The notes beneath the pieces were generated by a model that saw only the letters and a list, made by a program, of their open reading frames with translations, made no database searches and was not told the DNA's origin. A program made the position numbers and the translations under genes. This document shows positions 19,887 through 28,643 of a DNA stretch of 64,000 nucleotides, piece by piece (the stretch's first letter is position 1; every line of letters starts with the position of its first letter). The DNA comes from a virus. The stretch lies in IMG/VR virus record IMGVR_UViG_3300030379_000259. One strand, given 5' to 3'.

Positions 19887-19962
19887 GGTGCGCCGTTTGG
19901 GGTTCGAACCCAAGACCGCCAGATTAAGAGTCTGTTGCTCTACCAGCTGAGCTAACGGCGCA
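19887..19962 (-). tRNA. tRNA-Lys (CTT)
   Basis: Loop CUCUUAA; acceptor GCGCCGU/ACGGCGC. Confidence 0.75.
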
Positions 19963-19966
19963 TAAT

Positions 19967-20043
19967 GGTCTGGACAACAGGATTCGAACCTGCGGTCTCC
20001 GGATCCCAAATCCGGCGCTTTACCAAACTAAGCTATATCCAGA
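19967..20043 (-). tRNA. tRNA-Pro (TGG)
   Basis: Stem CCGGA/UCCGG, loop UUUGGGA. Confidence 0.8.
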
Positions 20044-20055
20044 TGATAAAATACA

Positions 20056-20130
20056 TGCAGACAGATCAGATTTGCCGTGAAATATGTGCTCGACCACAGC
20101 AAAAAAAATCGATCTGATTTTGTCTGCATA
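20056..20130 (-). repeat. imperfect long inverted repeat in tRNA spacer (ATGCAGACA..ATCAGAT arms)
   Basis: 20056-20074 and 20107-20130 are near reverse complements, separated by about 32 nt. Confidence 0.4.
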
Positions 20131-20132
20131 TT

Positions 20133-20207
20133 GGCACCGCCTGCAGGATTTGAACCCGCATTACAAGGTCCGTAGCCCTGTGTTCTGTCCTTTAAACTAA
20201 AGCGGTG
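20133..20207 (-). tRNA. tRNA-Arg (ACG)
   Basis: Stem CAGGG/CCUUG, loop CUACGGA. Confidence 0.8.
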
Positions 20208-20212
20208 TATAT

Positions 20213-20289
20213 GGTGCCCCTACGAAGATTTGAACTCCGAATTGGGGATTAGAAGTCCCCTGTTTTATCCAGATTAGACTATGGGGGCA
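20213..20289 (-). tRNA. tRNA-Arg (TCT)
   Basis: Stem GGGGA/UCCCC, loop CUUCUAA. Confidence 0.75.
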
Positions 20290-20292
20290 TAT

Positions 20293-20367
20293 GGAAGCGA
20301 TGCCGGGGATCGAACCCAGAATGCAAGAGTCAAAGTCTCGTGTTTTACCGATTAGACTACATCGCCA
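20293..20367 (-). tRNA. tRNA-Gln (TTG)
   Basis: Loop CUUUGAC; 75 nt. Confidence 0.75.
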
Positions 20368-20486
20368 TATAAGAGCAGGTTTTTCATTGACTGGGACACA
20401 CACCCAAAATCGGGTGGAGGTGCGCAACGCTTCTCGTACTGCTATCTCGGCAATACCGAACGAGGCGAGTCCGGAACTCGCAAATT
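20368..20486 (-). ncRNA. structured ~120-nt tRNA spacer (not a tRNA), possible processed small RNA
   Basis: Perfect hairpins GCGAGU-UCCGG-ACUCGC and CACCC-GAUUUU-GGGUG; no cloverleaf. Confidence 0.25.
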
Positions 20487-20572
20487 GGTACTGGATAAGG
20501 GACTTGAACCCTTACGATCTAAATCAACGGATTTTGAATCCGTCGCGTCTGCCAAATTCCGCCAATCCAGTA
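20487..20572 (-). tRNA. tRNA-Leu (CAA), class II
   Basis: Stem ACGGA/UCCGU, loop UUCAAAA; long variable arm. Confidence 0.85.
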
Positions 20573-20788
20573 TTTGTACAAACGAGACAACGCCTAACCG
20601 ATAACTCTTGTCGCCTCAAAGAGTTTTCACAGCACACATCGTTGATATAGATTATCATCTAATTAAGGCACTATCATAAACATTAAACACAATCGAAAAC
20701 AAAGAACATCCGAATAACCGATAACAGAAAACAATAAACCGATGTATTACTTGCTTTTAGGCTGGAGATGCGTGCTGACGGAGAAAAA

Positions 20789-21298
20789 TTAAATCTCAAT
20801 CTCGAAATAGATTTCAGTATTTACCTTATCCAGTGCAAGCTGCGCTTTTGACAAGCGTTCGGAGACTGTTCTGAAATCATCTGCTACAGACTGTACATTA
20901 TAATTCGCATAGCGATAATCGATCAAAGAAGAATGTGAACCGAAAGAGGCGTTGTCGCGTTCTTTAGGCAGCCGAGATGCCATTTTCTCCAGCTTTCCCT
21001 TTTGCTGTGTCAGTTGGGGAATATATACAAGCATTTCGTCAATTGTCATATCAAATCCGGAGCAAGCCTGAGTTGCATTAAACACATTGATTGCATGCTT
21101 CACAGTGCGGATCCTGTGGTTAAGCATATCAATCTGTTCCTGAACCTTTTCATAACTATATTCTGGACGCACATCCTCAATATCTTCGCCAACAGCTGCA
21201 ATAAAAGTGCTGCTGCGAGATTCGATATTAAGCAAACGCTCCTTCTGTTCGTTGAGTTGACGAAGCAACTTATTGGCCTCTGCTGATGTATATTTCAT
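20789..21298 (-). CDS. hypothetical coiled-coil protein
   Basis: Start at internal ATG (MKYTSAE) preceded by GGAGG. Confidence 0.5.
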   Translation of the reverse strand: MKYTSAEANKLLRQLNEQKERLLNIESRSSTFIAAVGEDIEDVRPEYSYEKVQEQIDMLNHRIRTVKHAINVFNATQACSGFDMTIDEMLVYIPQLTQQKGKLEKMASRLPKERDNASFGSHSSLIDYRYANYNVQSVADDFRTVSERLSKAQLALDKVNTEIYFEIEI

Positions 21299-21327
21299 AC
21301 AAAACCTCCAAAAAAACAATTTATTTG

Positions 21328-21414
21328 TGGCGGGGCGTCAGGGACTCGAACCCTGAAGGCTGTTACACCCAACGGTTTTCAAGACCGCACGACTACCAAT
21401 TATCACAACGCCCC
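21328..21414 (-). tRNA. tRNA-Ser (TGA), class II
   Basis: Stem GCGGU/ACCGU, loop CUUGAAA; long variable arm. Confidence 0.8.
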
Positions 21415-21508
21415 ACATATGCGGCAGACCGATATCGATCTGTTATAAGAACATTGGGAGAGGTGAATCACCCCTCTTATGCAGAAACTCCTAAGTTACC
21501 TTGTTACA

Positions 21509-21585
21509 TGGCGACTCCGACCAGGTTCGAACTGGCAACCTCCAGCGTGACAGGCTGGCGCTCTACTCTTTTGAACTACGGAGCC
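21509..21585 (-). tRNA. tRNA-Asp (GTC)
   Basis: Stem CCAGC/GCUGG, loop CUGUCAC. Confidence 0.85.
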
Positions 21586-21588
21586 ATA

Positions 21589-21674
21589 TGGTGCTCGATA
21601 AGAGATTCGAACTCTTACATCTTTCGATACCAGATCCTAAATCTGGCGCGTCTGCCAAATTCCGCCAATCGAGC
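21589..21674 (-). tRNA. tRNA-Leu (TAG), class II
   Basis: Stem CCAGA/UCUGG, loop UUUAGGA; long variable arm. Confidence 0.85.
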
Positions 21675-21687
21675 ATATGAATAATAA

Positions 21688-21763
21688 TGGTGCGCCGTCA
21701 GAGAATTGAACTCTGGACCTTTAGATTATGAGTCTACTGCTCTAACCACTAAGCTAACGGCAC
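21688..21763 (-). tRNA. tRNA-Met (CAT) (elongator or Ile-lysidine type)
   Basis: Loop CUCAUAA. Confidence 0.7.
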
Positions 21764-21776
21764 AAACAACACAAAA

Positions 21777-21852
21777 TGGTGCGCGCACGGGGACTTGAAC
21801 CCCGGACCAATGGATTAAAAGCCCACTGCTCTACCAACTGAGCTATGCGCAC
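21777..21852 (-). tRNA. tRNA-Lys (TTT)
   Basis: Stem GUGGG/UCCAU (wobbles), loop CUUUUAA; all arms fold. Confidence 0.8.
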
Positions 21853-21863
21853 ATATTGGTTAC

Positions 21864-21879
21864 ATCTATTAATACCACA
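21864..21879 (-). promoter_or_regulatory. conserved promoter-like motif copy 2 (RC TGTGGTATTAATAGAT), 11 nt before tRNA-Lys 5' end
   Basis: Motif sits between the terminator at 21882-21945 and the first tRNA of the block. Confidence 0.45.
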
Positions 21880-21881
21880 AA

Positions 21882-21945
21882 TTACAAAAAAACAAAAAAT
21901 GACCGGCTCAACAACGAAAGTTTTGATCGCGTTGAAAACCGGCCA
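21882..21945 (-). terminator. rho-independent terminator inside the tRNA array
   Basis: Hairpin CCGG..CAACG/CGUUG..CCGG followed on the minus strand by AUUUUUUGUUUUUUUG. Confidence 0.5.
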
Positions 21946-21968
21946 AGGTGCAATGAAAAAATCCAAAG

Positions 21969-22045
21969 TGGAGCAGATAAGGGGATTTGAACCCCCACCA
22001 CCGGTTTGGAAGACCGGGATGCTGACCATTGAACACCATATCTGC
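21969..22045 (-). tRNA. tRNA-Gly (TCC)
   Basis: Stem CCGGU/ACCGG, loop CUUCCAA. Confidence 0.85.
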
Positions 22046-22050
22046 ATAAG

Positions 22051-22126
22051 TGGTGCTGGATATCTGACTCGAACAGATTACCTTCGGGTTACAAAGCCGA
22101 TGTTCTACCAGGTGAACTAATCCAGC
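22051..22126 (-). tRNA. tRNA-Thr (TGT)
   Basis: Loop UUUGUAA; acceptor GCUGGAU/AUCCAGC (same as Thr-CGT copy). Confidence 0.8.
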
Positions 22127-22155
22127 ATTTATGCGCCTAAGAAGGCGCTTGGATT

Positions 22156-22473
22156 TTATGGCAAAATACACTCCAAAAAGTGATGCAAATCAGGCATCGG
22201 CATGTATTCTCGCCGCACTTCAGCAATGTCCTTGCCGTCGCGATCATGCGGCAAGGCGTTATATTCTTTGACATAATTTTGCACAAGAGTATTGAGCAAT
22301 TCTTGCTTCTTTTCTACCAGCTGCTTGCACTGGCGCAGAGACTCAACCGCAGAGACAATCTCATTTTCCTTTTCTCTGCGAACATTTTCTCTGTCCTGTA
22401 AAGCGTTCTCAGCTGTTTTTAGCTGCTCTTCAGTGTCATATAGTTCTTTAGTCAATTCTGAAAAATATTTCAT
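22156..22473 (-). CDS. hypothetical coiled-coil protein
   Basis: ORF, 105 aa. Confidence 0.45.
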   Translation of the reverse strand: MKYFSELTKELYDTEEQLKTAENALQDRENVRREKENEIVSAVESLRQCKQLVEKKQELLNTLVQNYVKEYNALPHDRDGKDIAEVRREYMPMPDLHHFLECILP

Positions 22474-22639
22474 ATTTGTACCTCTCTTAAAAATAATTCA
22501 AACCTTTGAGTATTACGATAGCAGTTATCAGTAAAATGATAATCCTACTCAACCATAAAACCCACTTTCTACTCGAAACACGCAGTGCATAAACGCACAC
22601 AGAAGTTGTTAGCGTAATGGCTATGAGCCAAATGAGACG

Positions 22640-22796
22640 ATTAGTCTCCAAACCACATCGTGCACCACTTCAAGATGCCCTCAACGTCTGGGTCTACATG
22701 TTCTTTATTCTTGCAGGCGTTAACGATTAAATCAAACGCCTTTGCCTTATCGGCTGGCTTCATTTCGGTCAATGTTTCAAAATCTTTTTCAATCAA
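22640..22796 (-). CDS. possible small protein (~51 aa), below ORF-track cutoff
   Basis: TTG start 7 nt after GAGGT, reads (M)IEKDFETLTEMKPADKAKAFDLIVNACKNKEHVDPDVEGILKWCTMWFGD. Confidence 0.3.
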
Positions 22797-22850
22797 TGTT
22801 GATTACCTCTTTTTAACAAATATTGTTGCACATTTGCCCGTGCCAGGCGT

Positions 22851-22926
22851 TGGGCCCGGGAGTGGGATTCGAACCCACGACTGTTGACGTATGAGGCCAA
22901 CCTGCTAACCGCTGCATTATCCCGGT
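22851..22926 (-). tRNA. tRNA-Met (CAT), second copy, unpaired 1:72
   Basis: Stem UUGGC/GUCAA, loop CUCAUAC; T-arm GUGGG/CCCAC; A1 opposite G72. Confidence 0.6.
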
Positions 22927-22950
22927 ATATAAGCCGCAGAAGCGGCTGTA

Positions 22951-23313
22951 TCAAAGTTTTCTGTCCATATTGAGTTCTTTATCGATCTCTTGCTTAATCG
23001 TCACCATACGGGACAGAGTGTCGTATCGTAATTTAACGGCACTGACAATCTTGTCGATAACATAAATTTTATCAATGGCGTCTTCCTTTCTTTGTTTGTC
23101 ACCATCTCTTGCACAAAGACGCTTTTGAACAGTCGCAAGCGCGGACAGTTGCATCAAAAAGGAATATTGGTTTGTAGTCGTTGAGAGATAAGTCGCAACC
23201 AACGACAAATCGTCCGGACTTTCCACCCCGAAGGGAACGTCATACACAAAGTCTTTTTCAAGTTCTTCCAAAAGACGTTCAGGGGCCAATTCAAGATATT
23301 CTCTGCAGTTCAA
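22951..23313 (-). CDS. hypothetical protein
   Basis: TTG start after GAGGTGG; 120 aa. Confidence 0.45.
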   Translation of the reverse strand: MNCREYLELAPERLLEELEKDFVYDVPFGVESPDDLSLVATYLSTTTNQYSFLMQLSALATVQKRLCARDGDKQRKEDAIDKIYVIDKIVSAVKLRYDTLSRMVTIKQEIDKELNMDRKL

Positions 23314-23326
23314 TTAACCACCTCAC

Positions 23327-23342
23327 ATCTATTAATACCACA
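23327..23342 (-). promoter_or_regulatory. conserved promoter-like motif copy 3 (RC TGTGGTATTAATAGAT)
   Basis: About 15 nt upstream of the SD of the gene starting at 23313. Confidence 0.4.
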
Positions 23343-23355
23343 CATTTCAAAAATA

Positions 23356-23925
23356 CTAAAAAATTAAGGAAAAAAGACAAAAAAGAATAAGACTTAATGT
23401 ACCAAAACGCAAGAAATGCCGGACTATCCAAAGCCACTGCACTTTTCCAATCCACCCAGCAATTGAATACGCACCGCTACTCGTTCCCTTACGCGAATTG
23501 CAAGCTCGACAAGCTGCAGCCAGATTCTTTTCGCAGTTGATGTTTTCGATCCCGGCCTTTTTAAGCAACCATTGTTTAAATTTGCTGCTTTTTACAGGCG
23601 CAATGGGAACAATATGATCTACCGTTACTTGGGCTTTTGGCAAAAGACGCCCACAATACGCACAGAAGTAATGTCCGTCTATGCCTTTATTGCATGAAAA
23701 AAAGGTTCGTCTATAAGATGAACCTCTTGTGAATGCTTGATTAACTAAACTATATCGCAAATGATGGCGCTTACAGTATTTTTCAACCTGTCGCTCCATC
23801 GACTCATCAAGCCCGTCAATAGATGTACATCTTTTTTGTTCATTTAAGAAGGGCTTAAACTCGTGTAAATCATTTCTGACATATCTTTTCGTTGACCAGA
23901 TGTCAACCACATAACTGTCTCCCAT
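23356..23925 (-). CDS. HNH endonuclease
   Basis: CAYCG...VDHIVPIA...N...CRACNSRKG zinc/HNH motif set. Confidence 0.7.
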   Translation of the reverse strand: MGDSYVVDIWSTKRYVRNDLHEFKPFLNEQKRCTSIDGLDESMERQVEKYCKRHHLRYSLVNQAFTRGSSYRRTFFSCNKGIDGHYFCAYCGRLLPKAQVTVDHIVPIAPVKSSKFKQWLLKKAGIENINCEKNLAAACRACNSRKGTSSGAYSIAGWIGKVQWLWIVRHFLRFGTLSLILFCLFSLIF

Positions 23926-23928
23926 AGA

Positions 23929-24159
23929 TTAACTCAAGAAAAACAAGCCCTGCATATATGCTGTCGTTTTCGTACCGGTAACGGATGTAATAGAATCACG
24001 CAATGCACGAATGATCTCGTTAAGCCACTGCACGAACAGATCAATACCAACTTTACAGAAGTCGATAATATACTGCCACATATCAGTTGCAGAAATGCCA
24101 ATAATAAGACCTGCAAGCACCAAGACAATAATTGCAAAGAGCCACGGATGTTTTCCCAC
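23929..24159 (-). CDS. small membrane protein
   Basis: GTG start after GAAAGGGG; one TM. Confidence 0.45.
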   Translation of the reverse strand: MGKHPWLFAIIVLVLAGLIIGISATDMWQYIIDFCKVGIDLFVQWLNEIIRALRDSITSVTGTKTTAYMQGLFFLS

Positions 24160-24189
24160 GAGATTGCCCCTTTCGTTAATTTGTTACAA

Positions 24190-24204
24190 ATTAATTATAA
24201 CATA
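24190..24204 (-). promoter_or_regulatory. extended -10 promoter (RC TATGTTATAATTAAT)
   Basis: About 35 nt upstream of the 24159 start. Confidence 0.45.
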
Positions 24205-24227
24205 CTCAACGAAATGGACAAAATCAA

Positions 24228-24506
24228 TTACTCTACAGGCTCTTCTTTAAGCAACTCCTTTGTCATTTCTTCAGGCGTAAACTTATCCTCGTCTTCCGAT
24301 AGAAGCGAGTTAAGCAAATTACAGAATTCGCCTACACTCACAGAAGAATCTTTATTCATTCGATACCTCTCTACATCGTTATCTGTGATGACGTTTTTAT
24401 TTAAGATTTCGCTAACCTCAGCGTGCAAATTCTCACTGTTTGTCATGTCGAAGACTGCATCATCGAGTACCGGCACACCGGAATTGTTTTCTGCCATTAT
24501 AACCAA
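24228..24506 (-). CDS. small acidic hypothetical protein
   Basis: ORF, 92 aa. Confidence 0.45.
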   Translation of the reverse strand: MVIMAENNSGVPVLDDAVFDMTNSENLHAEVSEILNKNVITDNDVERYRMNKDSSVSVGEFCNLLNSLLSEDEDKFTPEEMTKELLKEEPVE

Positions 24507-24591
24507 CCTTTACTATAGAATTCGGTCAAAAACCGTTATTAAAATTATACCATTTTTGCGTTTGCGAGTGAAGTTTTGTTCAATGTGAAAC

Positions 24592-25323
24592 TTACAGCTT
24601 CTTGAAGCCTGCAGTTACATCACAAAAAACCTTTCCAACGATCTTCTCCTTGACAACATAATGGTTGGCCCAGTAGCGAGAATCCAAGCTGTTGTTTCGG
24701 TTATCGCCCATGCAGAAGTAGCAATCAGCCTTCACATAGTAGTCGTTGTCCTTCTTTTCACAATAGGTTTCCAGAAAACCAGGCTCTCCGCCGTCCAACA
24801 TTTTGTCTGCATCATACTGCTTAACTGTCTCTACATTACCGACACAATAGATACCAATGTAGCACTGACCGCTAATCCAATTCCCCTCTTTGTCTTTTTC
24901 GCCGTCAACAATCCGAACTTTATCCCCTGCTTTGGGTACATAGTAAGGACCACAAGTGCTGGAATGATCGTTTACAACATAGGACTCTGTTTTTGCTTTT
25001 CCATTCACATATAAAGTCCCGTTAATTTCAGAAATGACTTCTCCGGGCATACCAACTACACGCTTGGTAAATTTTTTCTTTTCATTGTCCGGATAACGAA
25101 AAATGATAATATCATTGCGCTTTACATTCTTGTCGCCGGAATAGGCGATACGATTTGCAATCAGGCGATCACCGACCTTAATTGTCGGATCCATTGATCC
25201 AGACGGAACGCTTACATTGGCCAGAAAACAGCCAAACAAAATAGCGGTCAATACAATCGTAGTAACAAACACACGAATAACGGAACCATTTTCGTTAATT
25301 TTCTGAATGAATTTTTTTTTCAT
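24592..25323 (-). CDS. lepB: signal peptidase I (S26)
   Basis: N-terminal TM, catalytic Ser box SGSMDPT, Lys box (RL), C-terminal GDNRNNSLDSRYW. Confidence 0.85.
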   Translation of the reverse strand: MKKKFIQKINENGSVIRVFVTTIVLTAILFGCFLANVSVPSGSMDPTIKVGDRLIANRIAYSGDKNVKRNDIIIFRYPDNEKKKFTKRVVGMPGEVISEINGTLYVNGKAKTESYVVNDHSSTCGPYYVPKAGDKVRIVDGEKDKEGNWISGQCYIGIYCVGNVETVKQYDADKMLDGGEPGFLETYCEKKDNDYYVKADCYFCMGDNRNNSLDSRYWANHYVVKEKIVGKVFCDVTAGFKKL

Positions 25324-25418
25324 AGCCTTTTGTTAAATACTCGTTTGCGCTGTTTTTTGATTAGAAAATACAGCGAAAAAAGATATTTTTTAACCTCGAT
25401 TCTTTAATGTTTTTTCTA

Positions 25419-25434
25419 ACTATTAATACCTCAA
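25419..25434 (-). promoter_or_regulatory. conserved promoter-like motif copy 4 (RC TGAGGTATTAATAGTT) upstream of lepB
   Basis: Motif followed by a ~95-nt leader containing hairpin CGCUGU/ACAGCG. Confidence 0.4.
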
Positions 25435-25457
25435 AAACAAAAAAAGACAAAAAATCT

Positions 25458-25808
25458 TTAAGAAACATCAAAAAAAATATACTCATCTGGGTAGCAATAG
25501 CCATCTTCATACGCCTTTTGTTCTGCAAAGTCTTTAATTTCTTTTTTGGAATATTCAGCATATTTTTGCTCTTCTTTGAGCGCTTGTTCATATCTTACTG
25601 ACTCGGTGTTATAGTTTTTAGATAGGCTAACCAGTTTGGGTAGTCCGGATGCAATGGAAACCAGTGCAAAAATCAAAGAACACAACGCTCCAATCCACAT
25701 AATCCGGATTGCATAGTCAAGCGGTGCCTTTTTCTTTGTCTGTGACAAATGTTGAATATTATTCTTTCTCATAACATAAAAAAGGAGCGCCGAAATGACG
25801 CTCCTCAA
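25458..25808 (-). CDS. membrane protein, hypothetical
   Basis: One or two TMs; the real start is probably the internal MRKNNIQ. Confidence 0.4.
   Translation of the reverse strand: MRSVISALLFYVMRKNNIQHLSQTKKKAPLDYAIRIMWIGALCSLIFALVSIASGLPKLVSLSKNYNTESVRYEQALKEEQKYAEYSKKEIKDFAEQKAYEDGYCYPDEYIFFDVS
25771..25800 (-). terminator. rho-independent terminator after the SPFH gene
   Basis: Stem GGAGCG/CGCUCC then UUUUUUAUG on the minus strand. Confidence 0.55.
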
Positions 25809-25814
25809 CCCTTC

Positions 25815-26735
25815 TTACTTCTTAATTGTCTCCACAACACCTTCCGCTAAACCAGCCATACCCTGAATTTCGGAAGGAATAATAATTTTTGTCGCTTGAC
25901 CATCCGCTGCTTTTGCAAATGCTTCCAAGGCTTTAAGTTTCAGCACCGCATCGTTTGCATTTGCCTCGTTTAACAGACGAATTGCATCTGCGGATGCCTT
26001 TTGCACGGTCTCGATTGCAGCGGCCTCACCTTCAGCTTCTCTGATCTTTGCCTCTTTAACAGCCTCTGCATGAAGAATAGCGGACTGTTTGTCAGCCTCC
26101 GCCTCCAAAATCTTTGATTCTTTATGTCCTTCTGCAACCAAAATCTTACTTTGTTTTTCGCCTTCTGCGCGAAGAATGGACTCTCGACGCTCACGTTCTG
26201 CCTTCATCTGCTTTTCCATCGCGTTTTGAATTTCTCTTGGTGGAATAATGTTCTTAAGCTCTACGCGGTTCACCTTGATACCCCAGGCATCAGTAGCCTC
26301 ATCCAAGATAACTCTGATTTTAGCATTGATTGTGTCTCTGGATGTCAAGGTGTTATCCAGTTCCAACTCGCCGATGATGTTTCTCAATGTCGTAGCTGAC
26401 AGATTCTCAATAGCAACAATCGGATTTTCTACGCCGTAGGTGTACAGCTTCGGATCGGTGATTTGATAAAACACCACTGTGTCAATCTGAATGGTTACGT
26501 TGTCCTTTGTAATAACAGCCTGTGGCTCAAAATCCACAACCTGCTCCTTCAAAGAGATTTTCTTAGCAACCCGTTCGATAAACGGAATCTTAATGTGTAA
26601 CCCAGTCTGCCAGGTTGTACTGTACACACCCAGCCGTTCAATCACATAAGCAAACGACTGTGGGACAATTCGAATGTTTTTAGCAATAGCAATGGCGATC
26701 AACGCCACCACAACAATAGCAATAGCATATTTCAT
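25815..26735 (-). CDS. SPFH/band-7 (stomatin/flotillin-like) membrane protein
   Basis: N-terminal TM, SPFH core, Ala/Glu-rich coiled-coil tail with EAE repeats. Confidence 0.8.
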   Translation of the reverse strand: MKYAIAIVVVALIAIAIAKNIRIVPQSFAYVIERLGVYSTTWQTGLHIKIPFIERVAKKISLKEQVVDFEPQAVITKDNVTIQIDTVVFYQITDPKLYTYGVENPIVAIENLSATTLRNIIGELELDNTLTSRDTINAKIRVILDEATDAWGIKVNRVELKNIIPPREIQNAMEKQMKAERERRESILRAEGEKQSKILVAEGHKESKILEAEADKQSAILHAEAVKEAKIREAEGEAAAIETVQKASADAIRLLNEANANDAVLKLKALEAFAKAADGQATKIIIPSEIQGMAGLAEGVVETIKK

Positions 26736-26741
26736 GTTTTT

Positions 26742-27191
26742 TTACTCCTTCTCAGAAATTTTAATGACAGCCTTAACGCCCTCTATCGATACGACCTCAA
26801 TAGGCGTCCCGGCCTTGATGTATTTAATCTCCGGATCTTCCGGCTTCGCACTCCAGGTCTCTCCAAGAACTTTAATTTGTCCTGTGCCATCGTTTGTAAC
26901 AATGTCTTCAGACACAATACCGGATTCTCCGATGATGCGATTTGCGTTTAGGTTTTGCGTTCTTTTCTTAATGGATTTCGCTATTGGTGGATATATGAAC
27001 GCCAAACAAAGACCTGATACAACCACAAACAAAATGATTTGTACCGATGACTGTACGCCACACCAACTGGCAATTAATGCTACAGCCGCTCCAATACAAA
27101 ACCAAATGCTGATTAGCTGAACAGTGACAATTTCGATTAGCAACGAAAACAGAAAAACGCATAACCAAACCTTGTCCAAAACTTGCATCAC
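26742..27191 (-). CDS. NfeD-like membrane protein (partner of SPFH)
   Basis: Multi-TM N-terminus plus C-terminal OB-fold-like soluble domain; classic SPFH/NfeD pairing. Confidence 0.7.
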   Translation of the reverse strand: MMQVLDKVWLCVFLFSLLIEIVTVQLISIWFCIGAAVALIASWCGVQSSVQIILFVVVSGLCLAFIYPPIAKSIKKRTQNLNANRIIGESGIVSEDIVTNDGTGQIKVLGETWSAKPEDPEIKYIKAGTPIEVVSIEGVKAVIKISEKE

Positions 27192-27276
27192 TCCTATAAA
27201 AAAAATAAATCTCCCGCACGCATTGGTGCGATACTAAAAATATACCACACTTTTGCATACGAGAGAAATTTTTAGA

Positions 27277-28629
27277 TTATTTGGTTGTTACACTTTTCGT
27301 GGAAGACCAAACGCTATAATAGTTTTTTCCTCCAGCATTCTTGTACGATCTAACACGCACATAGTATTTTTTCTTTGCTGAAAGACCGGTTACTTTCCCG
27401 GAAACTGTTGAGCAACCACTGTATGTTTTTGTCTTTGCATCTTTGAAATCGCTGCGTAGTGCATACTGAAGTTGATAGCCCGTAACCTGCACTGCCTTCT
27501 TTGCCCATTTTGCTGTAAAGCCCTTACTTGCAGCGGTCACAGAACTTAAAGATGTCCCAATCGGATTAATGACAAATGTTGTTGATTTTGTACCGCTATA
27601 TGGCGACTTAAATGTAACCTTGACTGTGTAAGTCCCAACATTCATTCTGCCCGACGGCATCGTTACTTTATAATATGAAGATGATACGGTATTGCCGAAG
27701 TTGTCCTTAACCGTTACGGATGGGTTCTTTGTTTTGCCACTATAGCCGTACACAGTCTGGCTAAGTACAATTTTATCCGCACGTGGAAGCACCTTAAATG
27801 TACAGTTAATGTCGCTGGTCTTCTTAGTCGTTTTGTGATCGTTGCCGGTATATTTCGCATATGGCTGCTTAAAGCTTACTGTTGCTAAATAGTTGCCAAC
27901 TTTAGTTCTTCCCGCAGAATATTTTATCGTGTAGTAATTTGAACTCACGACTGCCCCTCGGTTATCCTTAACAACGACCTTTGGCGTTTTTGCTTTTCCG
28001 TCATAAACATATTGTGTCGTTGAGCAATAGGCTTGTGCAATTTTACCGTAGCTCTTGACGTAATCACATCCAGCCGCCGCACAAGCCTCATTGATGCTTC
28101 GTCCGTCAGAGGACTCATTGTACATAAAGACATGCTGATGAGCTGCAATATTTAATGTGTGTTGAACAGTAGATGCCTTTGGCTCAACCTTGTAATCATA
28201 CACAGAACTGATGCAGTAAACATAGTAGTTCTTGGCTGCCGAAAGCTCATAACTTAGATACGCAGCGCAGTTAGCACCGTTGCTTGAGATATTGGAGCCA
28301 ATCGCTTCTGAAGCAGGCTGTCCATTCTTTTCTTCAAAGATTACCAAGGACAAAGTTCTGTTCGTGTTTGTTGTTGAAAGGCGAAGACTGTACCACCCGG
28401 ATTTAGCGGGTTTAAATTTAAACCACTTTTCCGAGTCCGTGAAGTAATTGCCCCTTCTGTCATTGCCACGGCACATAATATAGCTGTATGTAGCCGGAGC
28501 CTTGATTTCGATTGCTGTGTCTGCAGCGTTCTCATGTGGGAAAATAACTCCGGCAAATGCCGGTGTTGTACTCAAAAGCACACAAAGAACAGCGAATATT
28601 GCAACAATCGTCTGTACTTGTTTTCGCAT
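27277..28629 (-). CDS. secreted cell-surface protein with Ig-like repeats and C-terminal FN3-like module
   Basis: Start at MRKQ (AAGGGGGA RBS); signal peptide; repeats YTGNDHKTTKK..VTFKSPY; C-terminal KKYYVRVRSYK...YYSVWSSTKSVTTK shared with two other proteins. Confidence 0.6.
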   Translation of the reverse strand: MRKQVQTIVAIFAVLCVLLSTTPAFAGVIFPHENAADTAIEIKAPATYSYIMCRGNDRRGNYFTDSEKWFKFKPAKSGWYSLRLSTTNTNRTLSLVIFEEKNGQPASEAIGSNISSNGANCAAYLSYELSAAKNYYVYCISSVYDYKVEPKASTVQHTLNIAAHQHVFMYNESSDGRSINEACAAAGCDYVKSYGKIAQAYCSTTQYVYDGKAKTPKVVVKDNRGAVVSSNYYTIKYSAGRTKVGNYLATVSFKQPYAKYTGNDHKTTKKTSDINCTFKVLPRADKIVLSQTVYGYSGKTKNPSVTVKDNFGNTVSSSYYKVTMPSGRMNVGTYTVKVTFKSPYSGTKSTTFVINPIGTSLSSVTAASKGFTAKWAKKAVQVTGYQLQYALRSDFKDAKTKTYSGCSTVSGKVTGLSAKKKYYVRVRSYKNAGGKNYYSVWSSTKSVTTK

Positions 28630-28643
28630 ATATGTATCCCCCT

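Noticed and set aside
18054-22926. CRISPR array or rRNA near the tRNA cluster
   Set aside because: No regularly spaced direct repeats and no 16S/23S/5S-like conserved sequence were seen anywhere in the window.
25361-25591. 76-aa minus-strand ORF (K-rich)
   Set aside because: Overlaps the better-supported 25458-25808 membrane-protein ORF in another frame and sits in the AT-rich lepB leader; likely non-coding.
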